A stretch of 64,000 nt of DNA from Mytilus californianus (GCF_021869535.1 NW_026262701.1:4464001-4528000), one strand, 5' to 3'; shown: positions 1 through 13,647, counted from the stretch's first letter. The notes: generated from the letters alone by a model not told the origin. Made by a program: numbers and translations.

Positions 1-292
1 CTTTTTTGTCCAATCATACTATCCTTATTGTAAATACTACCGTGCCACCTAAAAACATGCTGTTGCGATTTAGTTTTACATTTTTTTTAATATATAATTA
101 TTGATTTTGACTTTTGCTGTTTAGTGTCAATGAAACATGTGGTATTAACAGTTATACAAGTGTTAGCTAAGAATGAAAAGGACATTTTTTAAAATACTTG
201 TAATTTGCTGTAGCGTAAAGCTAACTTGTTGTTTCATTGCTTTGTAGTGGTTTACTCTTGACAGAAATTCATACTTAAAATATTGAACACAT

Positions 293-1150
293 TTACTTCT
301 TTGTCTTTTCTATTTGATAAGTAGTATTTATACTAAATAATACTATTGTTATAAACAAAATAATTTCAATACTTTTCATCCTCGAGTTTTCGTCAATTAT
401 TTTATATCCAAGTATTAGGTTTTCTAAGCCTATGATCTGATATCCAATTTTGGGTTTATTAATAATTAATCTAATACTTTCCCAAAAAGTTTTAAAACAT
501 TTGAAGGTGATAAAGAAATGTTCATAATTCTCTTTAACATTGCATATATTACATAAAGGAGTATCTACTATTTTCCAAGTTTCTAATATTTGTTTACAGG
601 GCAGTATCCAATGTAACAATTTCCACCTATTTGTGTTTTATTTTCAAATAAATATCTTCAACTTGCAAAATATTTTCCACTTTACAAAACCTTTTGGTGT
701 TTCTATGTTAGGTTGTATGAGTATATTATATATATCTTCTGTTGTTACTTTTTGTAACTCATACGTTATATGATTTTTACATACTATTGTCACAGTGGAA
801 AAATGGACAAAATTTGATTTTGAGACCTTACGGACATTTTGTAAAAGATTTTGTAAAATCACTGTTTTTCTTATATTTGCAATATTTCACTAAGGGATTT
901 TGTTATTTTTATTGTGAGAAGTATATGTCAAGTTTAGAAGATTAAGCTAATCTAATTTCACGTTTCAATTTGCTTCTCATTTAGCGGCATTTACGTCAAT
1001 TTTGCCAAGTATTCTTGTATCTATTTAATTCGATTAATAAGTCTGTATGTTCTATTGTTAATCATTTGCTATGTGCTAATTTTTCTATAATCCGTTAATT
1101 GTATTTGTCACTCATTTAGAGAAATATTTGTCAAGTCTATTCAAGTAATG
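293..1150 (-). mobile_element. Tx1/L1-like LINE ORF2, C-terminal fragment (zinc-knuckle region), decayed
   Basis: ORF 293..619 reads CNICNVKENYEHFFITFKCFKTFW, the CxxC...E...H.F motif of L1/Tx1 ORF2 C-termini. It continues the frame-broken ORF2 seen at 2195-2887 and 5237-6545. Confidence 0.8.
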
Positions 1151-1157
1151 TTTGGTT

Positions 1158-1590
1158 TGTTATATAAACTGTTTTATTATTTCGATAAGGCAGATTGGAT
1201 TTAGTATTACGCTGAGCAGTTCCAGCTCTGTATAATTGTATTCCATGCTGAACTATTAAATCATATATCGCGGAAACTAGAGTCGTCATTTGTTGCAAGA
1301 GTAAGTCCCAGAGTCAGAGTTCGTGCAGACTCTTCTTATTGTCTATTGTGTGTGTGTGGTTGCAGGCCAACACACATCACCCAGTCACAAGAAACACCGA
1401 GTTTATAGTTGTGACATTTGGTGCCAGGTCCGGGTCGTGTTGACTCTTTAGCTCAACATGCTTTCCTGATACCTCAAAGCAGCAAGCGAGTTACCAGTTC
1501 CCAAGAGACGTACATATACATGTAACAGAGTTGCAGCGATGGAATACAACTTCAGGCCACAGTTGAGACCGTGGTTTTTCCAGATGCGTC
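1158..1590 (+). mobile_element. 5' end of an LTR retrotransposon: putative LTR (1158-1416), PBS (1419-1434) and short leader, truncated
   Basis: Segment starts TGTTAT and ends GTGACA. It is followed 2 nt later by TGGTGCCAGGTCCGGG, a TGG-initiated tRNA primer-binding-site pattern. A downstream ATG reads MEYNFRP, gag-like. No second LTR was found. Confidence 0.55.
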
Positions 1591-1591
1591 A

Positions 1592-2105
1592 GACTCCAGC
1601 GATTTTCATATGATGAAGACAATCTTTCAATCAGTTTAGTTGAGGTCTGGACCTGGCATGTCAGTAACTGCTAGTAGTCATTTGTTCATTTATGTATCAT
1701 TGTCATTTTGCTTAGTTTCTTTTGTTACCTATTCTGACATCGGACTCGGACTTCTTTTAAACTGAGTTTTACTGTGCGTATTGCTATGTGTTTCTTTTTT
1801 CTACATTGGCTAGAGGTATAGGGGGAGGGTTGAGATCTCACAAAACATGTTTAACTCCGCCGCATTTTTGCGCCTGTCCCAAGTCAGGAGCCTCTGGCCT
1901 TTGTTAGTCTTGTATGTTTTTTAATTTTAGTTCATTTATATGTTTTGGAGTTTAGTGTGACGTCCATTTTCACTGAACTAGCACACAATTTTATTTAGGG
2001 GCTTGATTTTCTCGCTGCATTGAAGACCCATTGGTGGACTGTTGTCTGCTCTTTGGTCGGGTTGTTGTCTCTTTGACATATTCCCCATTTCCATTCTCAA
2101 TTTTA
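1592..2105 (+). mobile_element. Abundant dispersed repeat with CCTGTCCCAAGTCAGG core, probable 3' tail of a Penelope-like (Naiad) family
   Basis: Near-identical copies lie at 8785-8949 plus 10150-10545 (-) and ~48170-48530 (+). It shares the CCTG..CAGG core and TTGTCTC 3' motif with tails that are contiguous with Naiad RT elsewhere in the window. Confidence 0.65.
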
Positions 2106-2194
2106 TCTGTGATTGTGTTATATTTATGGATACATTGTCACAAGTCACTATAATAAACTATAATAATTTACTTACTTACTTACTTACTACTTAC

Positions 2195-2887
2195 TATTAT
2201 TTGTTTTCTTATTTGAATAAAATTTTTGGAATATTTTCTGTTCTACTGTTTTATAATTTCACCCAAGCTTTAATCATTTCTAAGTAAAAGGGTGTAACAT
2301 TATTTTCCAAATTCTCTATATCTTGTATTTTATCTATGTTCATATAAAAAATTAAAGTAATTGTTTCCTAGTTTATGAAAGTAGAAATGAGTAATAACTT
2401 TCCAGTTCGGTAACATATCATCATTCAATTTGTTAACTAATCTTTTAATCCAATATATTTCTAATGATTCAATATATTTATGTATATGAATCATGTTTAA
2501 TCCTCCGTTAGCATAGTTTGTACAAACAACAGATTTTTTAACCTTTTCTCTTTTTATTATCCCAGAAAAGTTATATATTATTTTTTAAACTTTGATATGT
2601 AGTCTTTATTAATATTGATTACTGATGCTAAGAAGGTTAAGTTTGGAACTATTAAAGACTTTACAACAGTTATTCTGCCTAAGATAGTAAGTTGTCTTTT
2701 AGACATATCTTTGATAATTTTCTCTCATTTAGTTAGTTGTTTTTCTAAGTTTAGTTTTTCACATTCAATCATGTTATGTCCAAAGTATACTCCCAAGCAT
2801 TTTATTGGCTTTGTTGACAAGCTTATATTTTGATATTTATCTTTACTTATTTTCAGATTTCCTAGCCAAATACCTTCTGTTTTATCT
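2195..2887 (-). mobile_element. Tx1/L1-like LINE ORF2, post-RT fragment
   Basis: Minus-strand translation gives TEGIWLG, LTILGRITVVKSLIVPNLTFLASV and PFYLEMIKAW, typical Tx1/L1 motifs, with stops and frameshifts. Confidence 0.8.
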
Positions 2888-5236
2888 CAAAACAATCAGG
2901 TCTCTGATAAATTTCGCATTCATAAGTTGAAAAACTGTGTGAATGATCGACCAAAGTCCGTTTTCAGAGACAAAGAGGCTGTGAAATGTCTATCATCTCT
3001 TCAAGATAAGAATGTTGTTGTTCCTGCGGACAAAGCTTCAAATAACATTGTCTTTATATGTAAATCGTATTACTACGAGTGTCTTGTAAAAGAATTAGGA
3101 ATAAATGAGCACTCAGGTAATCCCACATACAAAAACATATCATTTGACAAGGATGAGATTTTGGAGAATCATAAGTCCTTCATGGCTTCAATGAACATTG
3201 CATTGAACAACAAATCAAAGGACTTACCTTGTTTGTATTGAATACCTTAACTTCACAAAATTCCGTACAAACAACGGTACATTGCCGGCTCAACTGCATG
3301 TTCCACTAAAGAATTGTCCATTAGATTGACTAAAATTCTGTCCGCATGAAAGAGGGTCTCCAGAAATACTGTGAAACTGTTTACTCGCGTAGTGGTATTA
3401 ACCATATGTGGATTCTTAAAAACTCTAATGAACTTCTGGATAATTTTAAATCTCGGTCTTTTTCTGAAATTAGTTCTATCAAAACTTTTGATTTTTCAAC
3501 CTTGTATATCACCATTCCCCAAGTGAAATTGAAAAACCGTCTAAAAGAAATAATCCACAATGCTTTTCATCATAAAAATGGTAGCATACGCTATAAATTT
3601 ATTACTTTGGGATACCATAAGGCATATTTTGTTAATAGTGAACAAAAGGGTAAAACATGCTACACAGAGGAACAAGTGATCAGTATGATGGAGTTTCTTA
3701 TTGACAACATATTTGTTGAATTTGGAGGTAGACTTTTTCAACAAATTGTCGGCATTCCTATTGGAACGAACTGTGCGCCTCTCCTTGTCGACCTCTTCTT
3801 ATTTTCATATGAATCGGAGTTCCTTCAGACACTTGTCAAAAACAAGAAGATCAAAGAAGCCAGGTTATTTAATTTCACTTTCAGATATATTGATGAAGTT
3901 CTTTCCATTAACAATCCGAACTTTTCTGATTGGGTTCCATTAATATATCCACCAGAACTAGAAATTAAAGAAACAACAGACATGGCTTCCTCCGCCTCAT
4001 TTTTAGACTTATACCTCGAATTTGACATACACAGTCATCTCAGTACCAGAATCTATGACAAATGAGACGATTTTAATTTTGAAATTATCAATTTCCCCCA
4101 CCTTAGTAGCAATATACCAACTTCACCTGCATATGGGATATACATTTCCCAACTTATTCGGTATTCAAGAGCTTGCAGCTCCTACTCAGACTTTGTAAAA
4201 CGTCACCAGTGTCTGAGCAGAAAGTTGATGAACCAGGGGCATGTCAAAGAACGTCTCGTCCTTTTTCTAAAAAGTTCATCGGAAGGTACCAAGAACTTGT
4301 TGATAAATATTCCGTATCAACTTCACAAATAATACACGATGGTCTTGAAGTATAGATTTTGCGTACTGACGTTGTTTATCATCTTAATAATGTGTTATAG
4401 TATTCTTTTATTTATCTTTATCAATATTACTTTTACTGTTAAGTCTGTTTTTTGAGATATCCATTTGACGTGACTCTGTGCTTATGTATCCCGTCATACT
4501 TTGAACGACAAAATTATTTTATTTATTAATATTACTTTTACTGTTGAGTCTGTTTTTTGTGATTTACATTTGACGTGACTCTGTACTTATGTATATCGTC
4601 ATACTTTGTACCACACAATTATTTTATTTTATTTATTAATATTATTTTTACTGTTAAGTCTGTTTTTTGTTATATCCATTTTACGTGACTCTGTATTTTT
4701 GTATCCTGTCATACTTTGAACGACAAAATTATTTTATGTCTACCTGTGCGAATTTCAAACGCGCGATTTTACGCCAGTACTTAAAACCTTCCATCCTTTA
4801 TGGATGGATTTTACATAGATAAATAAAATCGTATAATATTAGCAAAATGAGGATGTTAAATTTGATGTATGCCTTTTTGTGCTTCTTCGTTACATTTGTT
4901 TGTTTTTATAGTGATTAAGATGATAACACAATGTTGACTGTTGTACCCCTATTTTTGACATTTTTACCTATTGTGTCCGTTTGTTTTGTTCACGCATCGT
5001 TGTCAATATAATGGAATTTGATGCGACTGTCATACACGTGAGAGGTTTAGCTAGCTATAAAACCAGGTTCAATCCACCATTTTCTACATAAGAAAATGCC
5101 TGTACCAAGTCAGGAATATGACAGTTGTAATCCATTCGTTTGATGTGTTTGTTTTTTTGATTTTGCCATTTGATTGGGGACTTTCCTTTTTGAATTTTCC
5201 TCGGAGTTCAGTATTTTTGTGATTTTACTTTTTCTC
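2888..5236 (+). mobile_element. 5'-truncated Naiad-type Penelope-like element (Cys-encoding subfamily): RT plus 3' tail, decayed
   Basis: Motifs VVPADKASNNIVFICKSYY, KTFDFSTLY, GIPIGTNCAPLLVDLFL, FRYIDEVLS and IYDK.DDFNF are present. The ORF ends ~4355 and is followed by a 3' tail. It is inserted in the middle of the LINE motif GLKLN-RDK-TEGIWLG. Confidence 0.88.
4423..4740 (+). repeat. Three tandem ~105-110 bp units in the Naiad 3' UTR
   Basis: Unit ATTACTTTTACTGTTAAGTCTGTTTTTTG...TGACGTGACTCTGT...CGTCATACTTTG starts at ~4423, ~4528 and ~4638. Confidence 0.85.
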
Positions 5237-6545
5237 TATTCAGTTTAAGACCAGATAAAGAACAAAATATCTCTATTATATTTAGGGCTACTTTAATTTC
5301 TTGCTAAGATTTAACAAAAATTGCTGTATCATCTGGTAGCTGACTTAATTTTAAACTATGTGTTTTATTATCTAATTTGTATGCCTTTTATATTGTTGTC
5401 TTGTCTCAATCTACATGCTAAGATTTCTACAGCCATCATGAATATAATCGAGCTGACCGGACAGCATTGTCTAATTCCGATATGAATGTCAAAAGGCGCA
5501 GAGATTCAGCCATAATTTTTTTACACATCCTTTAATATTTGTATAAAGTCTGTATCCAATTTTTAATAGAATTTTGTAGACCAAATTGTCTTAATGCACA
5601 GTACATAAACTTCCATTCTAAGGAATCGAACGCTTTTGAAAAGTCGAGAAAAAAGATTGCTCCATCTAAATTAAATTTATCAGAATAGTCATATCTTGAA
5701 TCTGTCTGATTTCAAACCCTATATATCTATTTTTCACATAGCCATTTTGGTCACTGTGAATAATTTTGTGAAGTACTTATTTAAGCTTTGAGCTAATGAA
5801 TCAGCTATTATTTTAGGATCTACATTTAGCAAAGTAATTTGTATGTAATCTTCAAATTACGTGGATCATTTTTTTTTATGAATAATATTTTTAAGTCCTA
5901 TCTTTTGATTGTGTGTGAGTTCTTTTTTTTTTCATAGCATTCATTAAACACAAAAACTGCAAACATTTTTATATATGACCAAAATGTCCTATAAAACTCT
6001 TCTGTTAATCCATCTATTCCTGGAGATTTGTTTAATTTCATATTGAAAACTGATTTTGTACATTCATCTATTGATAGCTTTCCTTCTAAATCATTACTTT
6101 CTTCATGAGATAGAGTGTAATCATTTTTAGTTTCCTCAACATACCTTTGTATATCTTTTACATCTTGTTTCTTGGATGTATATAAATTTTGATTATATTC
6201 TCTTTCTATTTCTAATATTTTATCCTGATCATCTGTTATTTTGCCTTGGTTATCTTTTAGAGATGTAATATTTTTGCGTATTTGTCTACATTTTTCCAAA
6301 CCAAGAAGGTATGTTGAACTCTTCTCCCTCTTCAATCCATTTAATTCTTGATCTTATTTGGGCTCCCTTACTTTTTTCTGCATAGATTTTTTCAAGACTT
6401 TTTCTGTATCTTCAATTTGTGTCAATTTTACTTTTTGTGAATTTAATTCATTATCACAGATTTAATTAAGATATTTAATTTTGTTTTCTAAATTTTTAAC
6501 TAAATTCTTCTCTCTTATCATTTTGTCTAGCTTTACTATAGTTAA
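5237..6545 (-). mobile_element. Tx1/L1-like LINE ORF2, linker and RT N-terminal half
   Basis: ORF 5898..6335 reads EKSSTYLLGLEK...LNKSPGIDGLTEEFYRTFW. Downstream frames give DFSKAFDS and GIRQCCPVS. Confidence 0.85.
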
Positions 6546-8949
6546 TAGTTGCCTCCCTTCGTGTTTCTTAATTCATCAGGATAAACACATTTTAAGTTTA
6601 ATCTATCGCCAAGCTAAGTTGGCAAACATGTTGAACAGACTATCCATTGCATGAGCCTTCCCGGTCTCCTTAGAGCAGATAAATATGACGTCTATTGATT
6701 TCCGATTTTACGGTTTTTGTTTGCTAAAATCGTCCAAAGCTGCCAACTTTAAGCATTTATAACCTATTTTCAAGTTCATTAAAAGACATTCTTTCCTTAC
6801 CCTTCCGGGGCAAACTATCAGTTTTGGTTGGGTTGGTGTTGCCGAGTAAATATGTCTTTTTTTATGTAGTGTTTTTTTAATTAATCTTGTTTGTCTTTTC
6901 GTCGTCTTTAGTTTGTTGCCATGACGTTGTCAGTTTGTCTCGACTATTGAGTTTTGAATGTCAATTATGGTATCTTCTGCCTCTTGTTTTAAAAACATAG
7001 CACTGATGTAAAATATAATCAGGGAAGTTTGGTTCTACTTCTTTATAATTGCTTCGCACCATTGCTTCGCATCACGGTGCGAAGCTATTAGTTTCATACG
7101 ATATTCACGCCATCTTGAAAATAATTACTAAACACATATCGGTTCTCATTGGTTGCCTGTTGATCATGGAGGGAAAGATTCTATTGGCCACAGACCACAA
7201 TTAAATTCCTCTATTAGTTCTTTACAACGTTTTGTTTCATTAAAAAAAAATGCACCATGCATTTTTGTCAAATCTTTTGTGTGTGTAATGTATAGTACTA
7301 GTCTAAAAATATATCCAGAATTCAGAAAGATTGAACCAATCACTCTTACAAATTTAGCCAATACACATCTATACCCCTATGGACAAGTCATTAGATGTTC
7401 TGAAAACTGTAAATATCACCTTTTTGCACCTGGCCTAATCACTCTTTCCATATCAAAATCAGTTAAAATACAACATCCAAATGTTTATTTCACCTCTCTT
7501 CTTTCATTTCCACCCAAAAAACTAAGAAATGAGTGAGGAAGGGAAAGAAAAAAAAATAAGAAAACATACACTCTAATTAAAAGGAACTATATTCGTAAAA
7601 TGTCTAGGACAGGAGAAGATATTAAATACGGACAGTTACAGTATGTGTATTCATGGTCCGATCTGATACCCTATCGATGAATATTTTTGCCTTACTAGTT
7701 TACCTTGTTATATAATGTCAAGTAAATTCCTGTTGATAACTTAAATGGGGGACAAAGATAAACAAGTTTCTGAGTTCTCATCTTAAAATACATATACTGC
7801 CAGTGATCTTCTAGAAAATTGCCAGAATACGTGTATTCCATGTTATAAAGCAAAATGATATATAAAAAGACCAGCTACGTCAACCCTTAATGATACCCCT
7901 GAATTGTGCATTAAAATTATTGTAAGAAGATCTGAAATATTTATGCATCTAATAACAATTTAGTAACATTGCTGTGTCATGAGGATATCAATATACAAAT
8001 AAATATTGCGTCAAAATTGACTGTTAAAAGTCCAACAACTAGTACTAAAACCTGAAAATAATATTTTATAGATTTGGTGTCAGTACAGAAAAAAAGTTAT
8101 TGAGAGGTACGCAATACTTTGCAAGAACACAAAAAAATGATATATAATGTAAGTTACAACTATTTCGATTTTATTTCTTCAAATATTTTAAAAAGTGTTG
8201 CCAACAGATAACAGGCATTTTAGTTTTAATACAACTAAACTGCATACAGTATAAATAAGGAGATGTGGTATGAGTGCCAATGAGACAACTCTCCATCCAA
8301 GTCACAATGTATAAAAAGTTAACAATTATAGGTCAGAGTACGGCTTTCAACATGGAGCCATAGCGCACACCGACCAGCAAGCTATAAAGGGTCCCAAAAT
8401 GACTAGTGTGAAACATTTAAAACAGGAAAACCAACGGTCTATATTCATTTAAATCGACATGTTCAAAAACGACTGCGAGTGAAGTAAATAATCAAAACGA
8501 ATTTCAGGGTACAATAGATAAACTACAGACTGAAAACAAAACTATAGAAGCGAAAGAATTGAAAATAAAAGCATTAGACTAGTATGTGCCTGCTGTATAT
8601 GGCAATGAAAAGATATAGTCAAAATGGTCTTCTCGATCTATTCACAATGTTTACATCGGGAAACGTTCCGTTTGAATTTGCTTATTAAATTAATTTTAAA
8701 AGTGTAAATCTTTGCTGCATATCAATCGATTCCTGAATTTTTCCTGAATTTCTCTGATCTAGCTGAATATATTTACGGATAATAATAAAATTGAGAATGG
8801 AAATGGGGAATATGTCAAAGAGACAACAACCCGACCAAGAGCAGACAACAGCCGAAGGCCACCAATGGGTCTTCAATGCAGCGAGAAAATCCCGCACCCG
8901 GAGGTGGTCCTCAGCTGGCCCCTAAATAAAATTGTGTGCTAGTTCAGTG

Positions 8950-10149
8950 CAGTGATTTTGCTAGCGCTCGTCACTTTCGTAATTTACGAAACTGTTTTCA
9001 AAATGACGAAAGTATTTCAAATCAATTTCGTCACTTAAATTTGGAAAGTGTAAAAATATTTTCGCATGAAAATGCTATAATTCTACCTGTCTACATGTTT
9101 CTGACAAGTTTATGGCCCTCAGCTAATTAACATTTACAACAGGTGTTATAAAGTTGTGATTACAGCTAATCCGCTTATCGGCATCGGATTAGTCACTAAT
9201 CCGGTTAATTATTTTCCCCAGTAAAGTTAGTCAGTCTGCATTTTAATTTCAATATTTCTCAAGGCCAACGACCACAATTTGCAGTTCGTTTGTCGTAGTT
9301 TCGTCATTTGAACAAAACTGTTTTCCCCCGGACAGTTCGCTTTTTAATTTCAATACGTAGTTTCGTCAAATGGTCGTATTTTCGTCATTTTTTATAAAAC
9401 TTTCAATTTCGATTAAAAAGATAGAACTTTATTCAAAACGTTCAGAAATGTTTTCACGTTAAAAACTTCCAAATAGATTTAGTGCCAAAATAAATGAGAG
9501 AGACAAATATAGTTCTTACTAAGCAAATTGAAATAAGAAAATGATAATTTCCTGCCTTCTAAAGTTCTTTTAAACACGAACCAATCCGTAGATGAATCCG
9601 GATTCATTCTGAATTTATTATCTACTTGTCACTTCCGGTTACATTTCATTTGAAAATCGAAAGTAAACGTGATTTATTCTCGATTAATTTACAGTTATTA
9701 GAATCGTTCCATGTGAATTTGTACAAATCCATGGTCCCAACTTTATAGAAATTAATCCAAAATATCGATTTTAACGTTTTATAAGGATAATGATTATGCA
9801 GTGTAATAGTCTTACAAAGTTCAACAAGTTCATTTATACTGTGATTCCTGGTTTTAAGAAAAGGAACCCAAACTTTTGTTGATCAGGAATTCCCCCTGAA
9901 ACTAATTGCAGTATAATTTTGAACTAGATTTTCAGATCTTGTATTCTAATCTTCATATTTTAGTGACACATCAGTCAAATCATGCAATTATTGCCTAGTA
10001 AATTGATGCCTTAGTCTTTCAAAGTCTGACAAAGATGTATAGCTAGTAATATGAATACATCCTTGGTCCCTTGCTGTTACCCAAAATAATGTTGATTTTT
10101 ATCTTGCGCAAAAGTGACTAAAGCCCTCAAAATCCTAGCTTAAACCCTG
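8950..10149. mobile_element. 1200-bp non-autonomous DNA transposon with CAG...CTG termini and 9-bp TSD
   Basis: TSD AGTTCAGTG at 8941-8949 and 10150-10158. Imperfect TIR CAGTGATTTTGCTAG versus CAGGGTTTAAGCTAG. It splits a repeat whose uninterrupted form is at 1592-2105. Confidence 0.85.
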
Positions 10150-11869
10150 AGTTCAGTGAAAATGAACGTCACACTAAACTCCAAAACATATAAATGAACT
10201 AAAATTAAAAAACATTAAAGACTAACAAAGGCCAGAGGCTCCTGACTTGGGACAGGCGCAAAAATGCGGCGGGGTTAAACATGTTTTGTGAGATCTCAAC
10301 CCTCCCCTATACCTCTAGTCAATGTAGAAAAAAGAAACACAGCAATACGCACAGTAAAACTAAGTTCAAAAGAAGTCCGAGTCCGATGTCAGAATATGTA
10401 ACAAAAGAAATTAAGCAAAATGACAATGATACATAAATGAACAAAGGACTACTAGCAGGTACTGACATGCCAGCTCCAAACCTCAATTAAACTGATTGAA
10501 AGATTATGTCTTCATCATATGAAAATCAAGTACAATCCTTCCCGTTAGGGGTTAAGTATCACAATAAACATGTTCCAGAGAGGTATACAGCCAGTAAAAA
10601 AATAAATTGAAGTTGATACTCCAGGAATTTATTCGCATATCAAAATTTTAATCCAATTTTACACCAAGCTCCTTTGGTCTGCTGTACTCGTCGTTTTCTA
10701 TTTCAGGAGGGAAATAACATTAAATGGAAATTTTGATTTTATTTCACATTATTTCTATTTTTATTATTTACCAGAACGTTTTCTCGTGAATTTATAATTG
10801 ATAGCGTCTTTACTAAATTGGGACAAACATTGAAAAGATCTAGTTTTCAGTGTTTACAGGGGAGGTAATATTTTGTCACTAGATTTCCCACTGTTACACA
10901 AACCTTTACGGTGACCTATAGTTGTTAATTTCTATGTCAGTTGGTCTCTTGTGGAGAATTGTCTCATTGGCAATCGTACCACATTTTTTTTTATTTCCAG
11001 TATGTACATGTGTAAAGCGAAGAAAGTCACTGTCATGTTCCATAACCATAGACTTCTTGTTTTGTGGTATCATATATATTTTGATCTAAACGGGGTTAAG
11101 TCAACAAAAGAGATATAATTAAATGAAAATTATATAAATCTAATTACACAGAAAAGACTACAAATGCTGAAATGAAGAGCAGAGTGGCAATTACAATCGA
11201 GCAACGCAGTTCAACAATAATAAATAGGATGGTTCGTTATCACCATCCTAACGCTGTTTAAAGAACAACCCAGTAGAACTTTAAAAAGAAAACTAAAGTT
11301 CGCCGAGTATGTTACAACTGTACCCCTATTAATTAACCGCCGATAATAGTTGATTCGTCAGGGATTGAAGTACTACGTTTTGTTAAATTTGTTTATCCTT
11401 GAACTACTTATCTGTTGTAATTTATATAATTTTATGAATTGGTTTTGTCGTGATTCTGTGACTTACCTGATCTATATATTTATTATCAATGGACTTTTAA
11501 AAGAGCAGTCTGTACAAGCACATGTTTTAGTTAGCCTCAAAGTAGCTTATTTTACAGTGCATATATTAATCAAAGGTGTTTGTCAGTCTTAATTCATTAG
11601 AAAATCGGTGTATCTATGTATAGCATGAACATGATCTAGAGGAGGGTCAACAATCTGTATTTCTCCCTTTATGAATTAGGTGCCTCCAAATTTGAAATAA
11701 AAATGAAGTGAATTTAGGTTAAAACCTCTTCACTGATAATAATAATTTCTAAACACGAACAACAACAATAAAGTTTATCAGGACAAGGATTTGGCAAATA
11801 TTTGTAAATACTTATATAGAAATAAGAATACCAATACATGTACAAATAATAAGATTGCTTGACTTTATA

Positions 11870-13290
11870 TATAACTGCGAGTACTCTCAAATCGTACTTT
11901 CGTGTTATTTTGACCTGTTGATACAATTTGTAATGTATTTTTGTGTTTTAATGTTTACTTATTCAGTGTTATATCTAGACTCACTATGTTTAATATATAC
12001 CACCTTTGATAAGTGTTTAGTATGACGATAAATTTTCACTTTTGTTCCCGTACTAGGAACAACAAAATTATTTATTTTGTAAAAATTATTACCGTACTCC
12101 ATGTATACCTTACAACAAAATTATTTTTATTTACCTGTGTACGTTATTTCATTTGGCGGCATTTTGTCCAAGGTTATGTTGTCTTTCTGATATTGTTTTA
12201 CATCTAAATCCCTTGTTTTATTAATTTTGTATTTACATTTTGTCATAGATCAAAGTAAAAGGTTCGATAAGGCCCTAAAATGGCCCCTTTATTTAGCTTA
12301 AATTTAAAATTAGAATTTATTGACCAATATTACAATGAATCATAGCTAATACAGTGACTAGATAGGAAATAAGACTATTGTTTGACAATTAACGTTCCTG
12401 CGTTTTATTCAAGACGTCACAAATAGTACTCGTTTTGATTCTCCACGAAAAATCAATGAAAATGGCTAAATTTCCGTTGAGTATTGGACAGGAAACATAG
12501 AGCGCATATGTCGACAAAAAAGATCTTTGAAAACAATGTTTGTAATGACATTTTACATGTCTAACTTGAATATTTAGTTTGTCGACTCCTGCGCTGTATG
12601 TTTCCATGTCCTAAATTTAGCTGAAATCTGGCTGATTTTGTCAAATTTCGTCAAATCCCTTATTTAGACCTAATTGGGATGTAAAAATGAACGCCTTAGA
12701 AAAGAACTTTGACAGAAATATTTCTTTATAACTTTCTCACATGTCTTTTAGTCAACTTAAAACATTTTTTATCTTGTAACATTGAACTTAATAAATGGGG
12801 CCAAATATGGCCCTCATCGAACTTACTCCTTTATTCGTCCAGTTTATGTTCACATGTTTTTGTTAATATGTCTTTTGATTGAGTTAAGCCATTTCAATTG
12901 ATATTTTATAGTGTGTCTTTCTACGTTGTGATGTTACACTATTGTTTCAGGTAGGGTGAAGGTTGGCGCCTATTAAAACGTTTGAACCCGCTGCATTTGT
13001 TTGCACCTGTCCTATTTCAGGAACCTGATGTTCAGTGGTTGTCGTTTGTTGATGTGGTTCATAAGTGTTTCTCGTTTCTCGTTTTTTATATAGATTAGAC
13101 TGTTGGTTTTTCTGATTGAATGGTTTTACACTAGTCATTTTTGTGACCCTTTATAGCTTGCTGTTCGGTGTGAGCCAAGGTTCCGTGTTGAAGGCCGTAA
13201 TTTTACCTATAATGGTTTACTTTTACAAATTTTGACTTGGATGGAGAGTTGTCTTATTGGCACTCATACCACATCGTCTTATATCTATTT
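11870..13290 (+). mobile_element. RT-less 3' tail of the SECIS-bearing Naiad family, interrupted by a MITE
   Basis: Matches the reverse complement of 22130-22640 and of 35100-35400. Interrupted at ~12252-12833. Confidence 0.8.
12252..12833. mobile_element. MITE with ~30-bp TIRs (Kolobok-like AGG...CCT/TTAA context possible)
   Basis: Left GGTTCGATAAGGCCCTAAAATGGCCCC versus reverse complement of right end AGTTCGATGAGGGCCATATTTGGCCCC. The TSD is not clean. Confidence 0.7.
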
Positions 13291-13647
13291 ATATATACAT
13301 TTGTACATGTAGTAAAGCTAGAGTCTTTACTGATGGTTATTATTGAAGTTATAGAAAAGTTTGTATTGTTAACATTCCTTTATTTTATTTCAAAAACATG
13401 TTTATATTAAACTGAATTCAGTGGTGATTTCCATTCTAGATCATTAAAGGGTAAACAAAAGAAAGATAGAAAAGAAAGAAAGAAAGGGGAAAAAAGTTTT
13501 CTTAAGAAATCGAACATTCATTTATTCAAATGCAGATATTACAAAATTTTTTAGTTATTTCAATGTTTAACTTTCAACACAGCTCTAATCTACTAACTAA
13601 TTATCTTTTCTGGTAAAACACATACATTTAGATATAATATAAATTAA

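Noticed and set aside
3239-3250. Selenocysteine TGA in the first Naiad copy
   Set aside because: This TGA is at a Trp position (LYWIP; the sister copy reads MYWLP) and a TAA follows closely. It is ordinary decay.
7153-7536. 127-aa ORF as a host gene
   Set aside because: No recognisable domain or splice context, and it starts at a non-ATG codon.
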